Of a DNA stretch of 64,000 bases, positions 12,401-24,189 are shown piece after piece. This DNA is from Magallana gigas (taxonomy: Eukaryota). The stretch is taken from assembly GCF_963853765.1 (NCBI RefSeq), contig NC_088856.1, positions 29,636,001 to 29,700,000 on the forward strand, given 5' to 3'. A program made the translations under genes and the position numbers. The notes under the pieces were generated by a model that saw only the letters and a program-made list of their open reading frames with translations, had not been told where the DNA came from and did not search any database. Every line of letters begins with the position of its first letter. Position 1 is the stretch's first letter.

Positions 12401-15400
12401 GCATGATATCTTTGTCCATTCTTATTCTGAAATGAAAACGCCTGCCATGTAATTTAACACCAACATGTGCAGGCACGTAGCATCGTTTTTGAAAGTGGGG
12501 GGGCCAGACTCATCCAAAAAATCTTGACAAGCAAAAAAAAAAAAAAAAGGAAGAGGGGGGGGGGGGGGCTGGCATAGTATATAACTTCAATTTCACTCCT
12601 CATTTCCTTATTTTCATATCAATTTTTTACATACTCCCAAAAAAGTGGGGGGGCCAACTCTATGATAATTCAATTTTTTATATGTAAATTTTAAAAAATT
12701 TGTTGCTGCGAGAAAAAGTGGGGGGGGGGGGGGGGCCAGGCCCCCCCTGGCCCCCCCTGATGCTACGTGCCTGATGTGTATTGCAAATACCTTAACACAA
12801 GGAGTTCAAATATTTAACATTGAATTACAGCTTAGTGCAACATGCCCTGTCGTGTCAATGTTAACATTTTTTGTGTTGTGCAGGCCAAGTAAAATTTGAT
12901 TTCGTCACACATAATGCTGGATATTGTTTCCAAATAAAAAATGATAATAAATAAAGACAATGTCTGTCCCAAAAAGACAGTAAAAGATTAATCTTCCTTG
13001 TTTGGAATGTCGGCTGCAAGTCAACCCATCCTCAGTTTGCCATCTACATATGTATTTCTATTTTTGCCAAACAGTATTGAATCTTTTATTTAATATTCAA
13101 TGCAATATGTAACAAAGTATATATGTTACGTGTATAGTTTTTAGTATTTAAATAAGACCAAACGAGTACAAATAGATTCGTGTTTAATCAAAAAGTTGTC
13201 TGCTAGAACGTCTAATTTTGTTATTGATTAGTTTTTACACGGTGATATAAAATACGATTCTCAGTGCGAGGAACCTTAACTCTAACAGTTTCCATTCAGC
13301 TGGAAGATAATGTGCATTTAACAATTAATAATTTTAAAACCATATAGACGTATTAAAAAACAAAGCCAACACCTGTCATTATGTGGTCAATTTAAACGTT
13401 TATGCCGTTTCAAAATCATGTGTCATTTTTATTCACACTGTGTTCCTTTAATCTTAATGGTTCGTGGTAAATGAGTGATGTTTATTCAATAGCGCAAGAA
13501 TATTGAAATGAAAAAAAAAACTTTTTTCAAACTATGCAATGCATTATATGTTTAAACTTTATTTCTATACGTATGATGAAAGGAGAATGAGTCGTATGTG
13601 CCCATAATGGCCAAGTAAACACAATAACATGTTTTCAAACCCTAATTTTTATCGACAGGCGAATTTTGATTTGAGAAAAAATAAAATGTATTCAAATTGC
13701 AAACGGTTTTAAAATTACTATGAAAATAGATATGCTTGTGATTTAAAGTAAATAGAAATATATATTTTACGTCATAATGTTCCTGCACCTAAAGCAAACT
13801 TATTATTTTTTCCTTTATCTTTATCTAAAATTTGAATAAATCATCGTAATGTAATTAATTAATAATTATTCATGCAGTTTGAAAGTACTAGAGTTTGCAT
13901 AAATAACATTTCTTTCAGAATATGCGTTAAAATATTACGCTTATTTGGAATTACTCCACCAGAAACGTCGCACAAAATGATTTCAAATAAAAACAAGCTG
14001 TAATATTTTAGGTTCGGGACTTAAAGAAAGTTCAAGAACCCAAAGGAATTATTTAACATATAAAGATAAGAAATGATGTTCATAGTGTAAGTTTTTATAA
14101 GATTCAAAAGTGATACGACAGTTTGTGTTTAAAAAATAATCAAATTCACCCAGGAAGTTCAAATTTTTGTGTAACAAGAAGAAAATATCCAGTATAACGT
14201 ACATGATTAAATTATAACTAAACGGACGTATATGGTATTGTTTAAAATTAGGAATTTTCCTTGAGGCTCAATTATTTTGAAAAATACACAACATTATTGA
14301 TTATTTTATTGAGCCATAGTTTTCATTAACTCGGTTTTTCCGACATGACTTTTGATTTTATTTATAACAAATATATACAAACCCAATGGAAGTGAATGAA
14401 TTAACACCGTTTTTATAACAAGCCAGTTACTAATAAGGCCTTGGCATTATTGACATAAATAGGTCGCTATATATGTATAAATGCTTTTAACAGTTAAGAA
14501 CTAACTTTATTAATGAATATTTTTGAAGATTATGACCTTTATATTGAAGAATGTGGATTAACATTTTAGAAATCTAACGGTGATAGTTAGAACAGGCATG
14601 TTCAATGTCAAAATTTGCATTCAGTTCGACATTTTCTTGACATTAAAGGTCATTAGAGATGCAAGAGAATCCTACATGTTAACATATCGTTTCTGCAATT
14701 GAAAATTCACAAAGCTAAGGTATAATTATTTGCATACAAAAACTTTTTTTGGGGAAAACTTGTAAGAACATACGAACTAAGTCTCTTTTACATGATCAAG
14801 TTCAGTTGTAGTGAAAAAGAAAATATTCAAGGGACATGTTTTAAAATGGGACAAACCAGGTGAGTGTTTATTGATTAGCATTAGTAATTTACGTAAGACT
14901 ATTAATACACGAGATGATTAAAGTCCTATAGTATCGTAAAAGTTGAAATCAGAACAAAAATCAGAAAATTCAGTCAATTATTTTCCAGAAGTTGTCTTTC
15001 TTTCAATAAGCTTTGAGAGTTGGTGATTAAACCTTAAACGTTATCAAATCAATATTGCAATTTAATATTTTGAATATCATACATAACAAACATGTATGTA
15101 AATATAAGTATAAAGATACCAATAAATATAACTTACCACACAGGCCGTCATTGCAAAATGGAGTTTCGTCTTCGCATTGTGTGCAGACCGGGCCTTTGCT
15201 AAAAAGCCTTTGTTTTTCATGACTGTAATATTGGAATTAAAAAAGATTGTCATGAAGACCACAACGAAGTTATTTTGAATAAAGAAAATAATTCATCAAA
15301 TAAAAATGCATACTTTCCCTCATATATGCACATAAAAACATCGTATCTAGATTGACTCTCGCCGCAATTCCTTTTAAATGCACATCCTATTCTTCGTAAT

Positions 15401-18400
15401 TGTGCATTTATTATCTACAAACATAATATTTATATGGATAAAATCTCGCACATATTATTATATAATTTGCAATACCTAATAAGTGAATGAATTTCAAATT
15501 TTGTTATTATTCACTTACCGTGAGAAAGTTTTTGCAGGCCTGAAAATCAAGACACATTTCAAATTCTGGAATGAAATTTTGTCCTTCCCTCAACCAATGT
15601 CCAATGACTTTTGTTATGTTACCATTAAAAGTTAATCCAACATTTGTTTGTTTAACTGATAAATGATGCAAATTTTCATCAAAAGTTTGTCTGCATGAGA
15701 CTTTTTCTTTTGCCTCAAGGCTTAAAATGTTGTCCCAAACCTGAAAAAGAAAACGAACATTTATATAATTTTACAAAAGTAAAAAGTTGACGGGATATGG
15801 CGAAGATTGTTTACAAATTAAAAGACATAAATTCATTGTCACAATGTGCATTAATTACTTACTAATAGCTTCATATTTGCAATTTCATTCTGTAAACCCC
15901 GTTTTGCATAGTGTCTTCTAAATGAATTGTGTACTCGTAAAATCTTTTGTATTTCCTCTTGCTGGATGCAAATAACATTTTGTAACAATACTGCTGAAAG
16001 AACTGAAAAGTATAAAAACAACAATTCTAATGAACTCGGAAAATTAAACGAAATTAGTATTAATCTTCAATTTAAAGTTTAAAAATTGTTAATATATCTT
16101 GTACTTTTTTCCATTTTTTAGATAGGTTATACGAATGGGAGAAAAAAATATCTAAATTTGCTTTAAAACTAAATTGTAATCGACAAATATTTTCCTGAAG
16201 GAGTGTTTTTCAAAGCATGATGGAAATATAGGTTATTTGGTGCAGAGAAATGATCGATTAACACAATTAAAAAAAACCAGGGTAATTGGGGCCACACATA
16301 TGAAAGTAAAGGATGTTGATCTTCTTTTCTCGTCCTGTTTCCGCATGTTGTCGTTAGCTACGACAAAGGCAAATCCTGCTTTAGATTATATTGATGCATT
16401 GATTAGTGAGATATACTATTTGAATAGGTGGATGTGGGTAGTTAAGTGTCAAATAATTATCTATATTTTATCTACTGAATGACACTTGATTTTTAGGTTC
16501 GGTAAAAGTAGTTGACATGATGAATTTTTTTTTTGCAATACCTGTACTAAACGACGTACGAGTTTTCGTTAGCAGTATAAATACTATTTGAATAAATAAA
16601 CGCTAATCAACAACGTTATTAATCTTGAAATATTTTTTTTTCTTTCTTAAGGGTTTATCATTGGTTTTTTTTTTCGAAAACTATGAATATTTTTTTTGAA
16701 ATAACAAATAGGATCGATGGATTTAAAAAAAAACAACATTACCCTTAAATGTTCTTATTAACAGTAATCAAATTTTTCCAAGTGCTTAAGGCAACTATAT
16801 ATACATATGAAAACACCAAGCAGCACCCAACGTCGGTTGAGACACTTGTTAAATACGCAATGTTAAGTGTTAACGGGGAAATAATTACACATTAGATCTA
16901 TAAAAAAATGTCATTTGATGAAACAATATTAATGGTCTAAGATCCACAATCTAGTTTGAAAATTAAAAAAGTGTATAATCAATTGTAAGGGTACACTTAT
17001 TAAAAAAAACTGATAAACTATTTAAAACAAACGAGGGAATTTCAAAATAAAAGAATCAAAAATTTAAAACTGTCTCATTTTCAAAAAATAATTAATTATA
17101 ATTGAGCATCCGACTTTATTTACATGACAATTTGTGTATTTCACATACATCTGAACATTGATCTGTTTACAAGCCGATGGATGGTTTAAGCTAAATTCAC
17201 ACATCCGCGGTATTTGGTGTTAATGTCTTTAATAAGGCCTTTTGTAGGATTTCGCAATGGCAAAAAAAGTAGGATAATTGGGATATATATGTTATTGACG
17301 TTTATTTGCATCATCTAATGACTTTCAAATAAAGCCAATACCATGTTTCACGTACATGAGTGCCTAACAAACCTTCATAATTCATATTATTAGAATGTTT
17401 TGCAAAATAACATATATATGTTTGTTACGAACTATGCAACAACTAGGCGACTGTAAACACGAGTAAGAAAATTAACTTTGTTGTAATAATAACGATGCGA
17501 ATTTTCCGTAAATAAAAACCAAAAAATAAAAAAATAAAAATAAAAATACCCGAACAATGTAGTCTGTAAATAAAGCAACAACAACAAAATTCAAGTTATA
17601 AGACATTATCTTGTTCTTTTATCAAGTGTTATCGCAGACTTTTGTAATAGTTATATAGTAACTCTCAAGTCAGTCTTAAGCATTGAAATCATGGATGTAA
17701 TGCATTTAAATTACTATCCATACATAATTTATATTTCTCCCAATTTTATAGTTAAAATGAACGTATTGAAATTCAAATTTAGGTCAACAAACGTCATGTG
17801 CAGAGTATGAAATTAATTTTTCCATTATGACATTTTATATCGTAAAAACCAAACATCCCAAACTGAACAGCTTGTATATATATTTTCCTCGTATAAATAG
17901 ACACTAGTATACAGTATTTAGTTTATCAAACAATCTTACTAATTATAAAGAGTGTACAAACTAAATGAAAAGTTCTGATCTTTAATGAATGCAAAGCATT
18001 AAATTTCTTTTTTCTGACTCTAAAATTTGTTAAATTGCATGAAAATAAAATTATCTAATGAAAATTAATAGTATAACTTTTTGTTTCTATTGATTTAATG
18101 TAAAATATGCAGGAATCGAAAGAAAGGGCATTGAAGAAAAGGCGTTTACCTTAACATGTTAAGCCTAAATGATTACCGTTAAAATATATATTTAAAAGAA
18201 AATTGAAAAAAATAAATATTGATGTTTCTTCATTGTTTTATAGTAAATGCCATTCGCTCAAGTGAGAAAAAATACGATCCATAAATTGCGTTCACATTTT
18301 ATACGAATATAATAGACATGTCCCCGAAGCAATCTATCTTATTTAAATAGTTATGTAGACGTTACCAAGCAGGTATTGCAGTAATCAATTTAACAATTAT

Positions 18401-18498
18401 TCTCTTTACAATTAATTGTTTAAGAGCTAAGACATCTGAAGTTATTAACCTCAACCGTGTTATAACTGAACAAATTAAAACTCACCTATTCGTAACAT
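6489..18498 (-). CDS. Secreted CAP/SCP-domain (CRISP/GLIPR1-like) cysteine-rich protein: signal peptide + CAP + hinge + EGF-like + ShK/ICR-like module, 278 aa, 8 coding exons
   Basis: Model complement(join(6489..6538,6854..6976,8086..8187,15137..15222,15314..15414,15519..15740,15863..16002,18486..18498)) = 837 nt. All introns GT-AG, phases compatible, no internal stop. Protein: MLRIVLSAVLLQNVICIQQEEIQKILRVHNSFRRHYAKRGLQNEIANMKLLVWDNILSLEAKEKVSCRQTFDENLHHLSVKQTNVGLTFNGNITKVIGHWLREGQNFIPEFEMCLDFQACKNFLTIINAQLRRIGCAFKRNCGESQSRYDVFMCIYEGNHEKQRLFSKGPVCTQCEDETPFCNDGLCDCRKTCEKPGIGTGALDNTTCTCQCLYGKGPNCDEDCVNPKMYENWDFCELVTQEDCMSEDQLILKEYCPATCDCTRHPLAEMQSHEQLEN*. CAP hallmarks: HNxxR, ANMxxLxWDxxL, WxxE, IGCA..C, MCxY, and the G-x-x-C-x2-C...C-NDGLC hinge. 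The last exon (6489..6538) is the least certain. Confidence 0.85.
9077..9491. mobile_element. Degenerate MITE with CAGT...ACTG termini (Tc1/mariner-like ends), in CAP intron 5
   Basis: CAGTACCGATCAGACCAAACTTAG vs reverse complement of the right end CAGTTCCGATCAGACCCAACCTAA; TA on the right flank. Internal AGTAA(A)CCCC repeats. A related fragment lies at 33860-33957. Confidence 0.5.
10735..10910. other. Assembly gap (N176)
   Basis: N run. Confidence 1.
12470..12773. mobile_element. 304-bp MITE with perfect 15-bp TIR and 5-bp TSD (hAT5-like signature)
   Basis: TIR CAGGCACGTAGCATC/GATGCTACGTGCCTG; flanking direct repeat ATGTG at 12465-12469 and 12774-12778; internal poly-G tracts. Confidence 0.85.
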
Positions 18499-18529
18499 TT
18501 CCTACAACTAGACCTTTATTCACCGTAAG

Positions 18530-18537
18530 TTTATATA
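18530..18537 (-). promoter_or_regulatory. Candidate TATA box (TATATAAA) of the CAP gene
   Basis: TATATAAA on the minus strand about 35 nt upstream of the ATG, with an Inr-like CTAGTT roughly 25-30 nt downstream. Motif only. Confidence 0.4.
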
Positions 18538-18782
18538 TACTAATATAGGTATGTTCGTTGTGACAGCTTATATAATGACAGATTGGATGAAAACTAAATG
18601 AGGGCTTTCATCTAGTTTTCAATACAAGGTCAGTTCTGTAACGGTTGACTATTACTCCCACCATATCTGATATATATTTGTTTCATATATATATTGTGTT
18701 GAAAATTGCGGGTAATTTTTAAATATGTAAGTTGAACATGTTGAAATTCCACAACCACCCTTGTTATTTAATTTTTTTTTTT

Positions 18783-19372
18783 GAAAGGACTATATATGGT
18801 TTGAGTCCAAAATAGCCCCCTAAAATGAACATTGTCATTTTACTGTAATTCTTTGTTTTATTTGTACAAATAAACATTTGAATTTTTTTCATAATTTTCA
18901 TTTTGATTTTAGTGCCCACAATTTAAAAATATGACATCATAAAGTTAACCTTTTCCCGCCATTTTCTCATTTTAAGCATAAAACGGCTTGTTTGAAACAG
19001 TTTTTCTTTAAGGAAACATTAAGCGACTGCTTGAACAAACAAAATATTTTCACCAAAGATGTATCTCTCCAATACTTATAAGTGACAAAAAGTTCGTTCT
19101 TGTTCAAAGAGTCGCTCTATATTTCCCATTCGAAAAAAGATAAGAAAAATGTCCATTTTTTGACTGATTTTCATTGAATTATATAAAATAGCGTCACTTC
19201 TGACGTCATATACTGCCATTGAGTGCATTTTAATAAAAAAAAAACAGGTGAAAAACATATTTTCTATCAACTCTTTTATAAAATAACACAACAATTTAAT
19301 GTACCTGATTCATTTTAAAAATAGCGAATTATGGGGGCCAAATTTGACTTATATATCATATATAGTTCTTTC
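18783..19372. mobile_element. ~590-bp TIR element upstream of the CAP gene
   Basis: Left GAAAGGACTATATATGG vs reverse complement of the right end GAAAGAACTATATATGA (15/17); similarity continues to a GCCCCC motif about 40 bp in. Confidence 0.6.
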
Positions 19373-20849
19373 CACTCTAACATTTATAATGAGATCAAAA
19401 GACATATTATTTCATGAAAGTCTTTATCAAAGTGATTTGTTGTATGTTTTTGTTTTAGTAGAATTTTATAAAGCAAAAATATCATAAAAGTCAAAGATTT
19501 ATTTTTAATTAATATATCAGTTGAATTTACAAAGCACACAAGTAACAGGATTAGATTGAGACTGTTACCTCTAATGATGCCCAATAATGTTAATGCATTC
19601 TATGTACAATATCTTTAAAAAACAATGTGTCCTACTAATTGCGTAAAAAGGCTGCTTTGATGTTTTATTACATTGACAATTATGCTTACAATTAAAACAA
19701 ACAGTATAAAATAAGAATAATTTATTATCCATTGTTTTTAAAGAAATGAAGTGAACCATGTCTTGTCATTTCATTATCAACGTTTGATAATAATATAGCC
19801 GGGGTGGGGTGTCGGCATTAGATGTAAGACGAATGATTACAAAAAAATCTAAGTTTTAATGTTTTAAATGCTTCATGTAAATATTCCTAATAGCCAAACA
19901 GACTTTAAGTATCGCTGGTTGAGTTTTTGAAATGCGATAAGGAATATTGATAGGTTATTTTTCAATGAATAACATATTAAGTGGATCGGATAGCGGGCAC
20001 AACCTAAATAAGTTATCTCCAAACATCATATCAATAACAGTTGTTTTGTTACATAGCTTTGTAATTTTAATATACTTCAATACGAGAATTTGAAAAAAAA
20101 ATTAGTTCATAACACTGATAAAAGTAATGAAGATCACAAATCTTTGAATTATTCATCGAAATCACAATTCTTTAAAAAATATTTAAAGCTCAGATTATGT
20201 TCTATTCACACAGTCTTGATCTCTTAGAACAAAAAGCGAACAGTTTAGTGTAATGTTGCAATTGTTTACAGCAATGAATTATTGATTTAAGTATGTACTT
20301 TTATCTACATTGATATCTTAAAGTATTTCATACTACCTAAATTCTTTACTCCCTTTTAAGGACAAAAGATTCCGACATATTGTTCTACTTCTAGCACTAA
20401 GGAGCTTCCATGATAAAATATCGTTGGTTGATTATAAAATCAAAATCTATCATCAATAAAGAAATACATTTCAAATCTTTGATATGGCTGATAAAAGCAT
20501 CATGATAGGAAATGATAGAAAATAGATAGTTTTATAGCATCGTTGGCATGAACTCGTAATAAAATCAAAGTACTGAAGAACTGGCGGGAGTTGATTTTGT
20601 CGATGTTTATTTATTTTAAAATCAACGATATGTTATTTTGCATGACAAGTACATGTATACGTAATTTCTAATTTGAATTACGCATATTTTTATAATATGA
20701 ATTTTTGAACTTTTTCGACTAGAATGTCGAGAAACCTCCATATGAATCATGTTAAATAATATTTAAAGATAAAATTAATTCAATCAAACTATGTATCAGT
20801 GGTAGAAGTATTTCTCGAAAATTGTATGGATCCAAGCAATTTTGAACTC

Positions 20850-20938
20850 TAGTGTCGTTCAACCAAACGCTCGGCTGACACCGTAAATCTCCGACAAGGG
20901 TTTACGGAGACAGCCGAGCGTCGAGTTGAACGAGACTA
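20850..20938. mobile_element. 89-bp fold-back MITE, TAG...CTA termini, ~10-bp TSD
   Basis: Arms TAGTGTCGTTCAAC..CGCTCGGCTG..CCGTAAA / TTTACGG..CAGCCGAGCG..GTTGAACGAGACTA; flanks TTTTGAACTC and TATTGAACTC (9/10). Confidence 0.75.
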
Positions 20939-22750
20939 TATTGAACTCTGGCGTAGGAATACGTACGACTACAAAAATATTTAAATTGTTCGTACCATTT
21001 AAAATCTGACTATTTTTAAGGTATTTGTAAATAAGTTTCCTTGAAAAACAATGCTTTAGCATACATTACATCGAATTCATCAATTATTTTCAAGAACTAA
21101 GTCTTGTCAGGAGCAATGATTTGTGCTGAGGTCCAAACACTGTTTCATTTTCGGTTTGTCCGAGTGACTGCATAGGAGAGTTGATTAAAAATCAACTCCC
21201 AAAAAATAATTTGAGAAAAGCCTTTGAATTTGAACATTCAAGATAAGCTTTATAAACATTGATATTATGACATATGCCTTGATATAGTCAAAATTAAGGT
21301 TTGCACTGCGACCCCTGAACAAATAAATGGGGCCCGCGAGCAGTAAGATGAATGTTCAGAAATGATTTACTCATTTACTTCACCTCTTCGAGAGAAAAAG
21401 AAAAATATCAATAAAAATCCATCAAAATGTAATCAAGGATCACATATGTGAAAACATTCTAGTCTTTAGATCATCTCTTTCTTTGAATAATATAGTTCGA
21501 TGATGTACTTTTGGATAGTTATCAAAGATATATCATATATATAAATGAACATGCAGGTTTTAATGAGATATGTCATCGTAAAAGTAACTTAGTCAGTAGG
21601 GTCAGAACCCGTCTCGTTGCCAGGCGCGTGCGGATCAACAGAACACAAACGAGACTGTGAAATCTCTGTGAATAAAAGTCTTGATGGATAAATTTATAGT
21701 TTTGGTATTAATTTCATTTCATACCTTTGTTTCATTTAAAATCAAAATTACAAAGACTCACCCTTGATAATCAAGATCAGTCTTTGTGATTAAGCTAGCC
21801 TAATGTTATATATATATATATTAAAAAAAAAATCAAGAAAAGTCTTAATTGGGTAGGAAAAGTATGTACTTGAAAAGTTTTTAGGGTCAATCTTGTGAAT
21901 TCTCCAAACTCAAAAATTGAAATAAAGATCTGCATCACATATTCCGCATCCAATCTGTCATGTGCATCACAAAATTCATCCTCCACCCAAATTTGGTAAA
22001 TATAAAACCAGAATTAAAAATGACTTAGAAATTACAATCAATTTTCTTTTTGTGTCGAAAATTATAACCTGCTTTTAGAGAAATGTCCTCTTCAGGGATC
22101 CATAACATGGTGTCTAAGATTTAGCGCCTAACTCCTTTAGGTGCATATGGTATGGATAACACGATTCATAATTTATGAAACATTTATGAAATAAAGACAC
22201 AATTTACTTTAAAACAGTCATCACAAGACAACTTTAGCTTCCTTCTGCATCTAAAAAATTATTGTTTAGATTGATTATTTATATCTGATTGGTCCTTCAA
22301 TATTCCAAGATGCAACATTATGCAAGTTTAGTAAGGTAAGGACCATACATGTATGCGACTTAAATATAAGACCTGAACCGCACACCTTTGCCTAATTGCA
22401 TACCCCTCTCCCGACTTTTTCTTGGTGAGCTCAAAGGTTATTGCAAGAAACACATGAGTGAATTCACAGGGAATATAAATGTCGTTTTACTGAATGAATT
22501 AAAAAATGGTTTGCAGCTAGATTTTTTTTTTTTTGCTTATTATGTTTTTTTTATGGGTTTTGCCTACGACATGAATCATATCATATTTAAAAGTGTTTCA
22601 TATTAATTCGGTAGAGAAGCAAAATAAAAGGTAACATTATAATTAAGCATTGTAAAAAAAAATAAATAATAATTCTCAAACAAATCTACGATTGCACATA
22701 TTTTGGCAAACCTGTAAAATCCTCATCAAAATGTCAGTTTGAAATACGGA

Positions 22751-23007
22751 ATCAAATCCATTAAAGCCTGAAGGGCTTAATGATAAATCTGATCACGCCA
22801 CGACCGAAATTAACACCTCACAATATTCAAAAAATGATTCCTTATTACTTATATTTATATAATTTTAAGCCATCGTACGTTTAAATATTAACATACATGT
22901 ATAAACAAGCAAACTCCGCTGGCGTCTCAATTTGGCGTCATTTGAAGTAATGGGTTATATATTACAAAATCGATATGTAGTATTATCACAGGCGAAGACA
23001 CTGGAAA
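22751..23007. repeat. Truncated inverted copy of the palindromic element at 40118-40420
   Basis: Reverse complement of 40118-40365; retains the central AAGCC-TGAA-GGGCTT hairpin and one arm. Confidence 0.75.
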
Positions 23008-24137
23008 ATATTAACATTTCATGAACATTGACTTTTAATGGCTTCAAAAACAAAACAGGTAAAAAACCGTAAAAACCAGGATAAGAAAATTTTAAGTGAC
23101 TTTTGTGCAGGTTCTAAAACAAATAAAAAAAATCAATTTTAACTTAAACTATGAGACTGGATCACAGAAAAAAAAAGATGTGCCAGCATAATAAATTTTG
23201 GAATTTTTGAGAAAATAATTAAGGGGATACAAAATTAAGCAAGGAACTTATATAAGAAATGTCTACAATGTATATTTAGCAAACAAAAATGAAAAGTTAA
23301 AAGGAAAAAAAGGTTACAAATTCTAACAAAGAATTAAACACTATTTTAAGATGAGGGGAGTTTATGGGATGTAAAGACAACGTTAAGAAATTTGTGTAGT
23401 TTCTGGGTTTTTTTTAGCACCCAACGTTCGAAGTAGGTTTTGCATTTTTAACCTTAATTGAAAAATATGTTGCTAGATTCTCTGTCATTGTTTTAATCAA
23501 AAGACTGAATGATGTCATTGTGCATCAAAGCCATGGGATATGTGATTGGTTGAATAATTTATAACAACACCTGTCATCTGCTGGTTTTTCTCTAAGCCAA
23601 CAATATAAAGTCAGAGAGTTAATATAATTGTGTTACCTAGTCTAGAGAGTCAATATATAGTATAATCTAGTAGATATGGTTGGTAGTTTAATCTTTAGCG
23701 AAATTCTATTGTTTTTTTTCCATATTTCATTTTTTATTGTCTCTTTGTAAGAGATCTCAAAGACACTTGGAAAAATTGGTCATTATTTTATTCTTAATTG
23801 CAGAGGACACCAAGAGACCAACTTTAAAATGGACACTTATTATGCTTTTTACGATGGTATGAAAAAGCTACAATTATCATTAAGGATCCGTCGACAAATC
23901 CAAAATATCCTTTTACATTTGGTAAAAAATATATGCTTATCAATACTAAATTGGCTTCTTTATTTAATGAGACCTATACAGTGAGTGTTTGCTCATTATA
24001 TTATCACAAGGTTAGCGTCCAATTACAGCAATCGGGTTTATCAATACATCTTAACTTTACCATTTGCACCTTTCCAACGTATATAATTTTTGTCCCTCTC
24101 TCGCTCTCGCCCTCCTTCTCTCTCTCAAATACTCACA

Positions 24138-24139
<2 letters not shown>

Positions 24140-24187
<48 letters not shown>
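24140..24187. repeat. (CT)n microsatellite, ~24 units
   Basis: Direct reading. Confidence 0.97.

Positions 24188-24189
<2 letters not shown>

Noticed and set aside
10561-13299. Phase-compatible exon-like pieces inside CAP intron 5 (ADDKGGSKAY... at 10.6 kb; AEWKLLELRF... at 13235-13299)
   Set aside because: They end in stops and show no recognisable motif. The direct join NDGLC-DCRKTC reproduces the expected hinge-to-EGF pattern.
15519-15539. Apparent 21-nt microexon (TTTTCAG...GTAAGT)
   Set aside because: It is the 3' end of the 222-nt CAP exon, whose frame is open throughout and carries CAP motifs.
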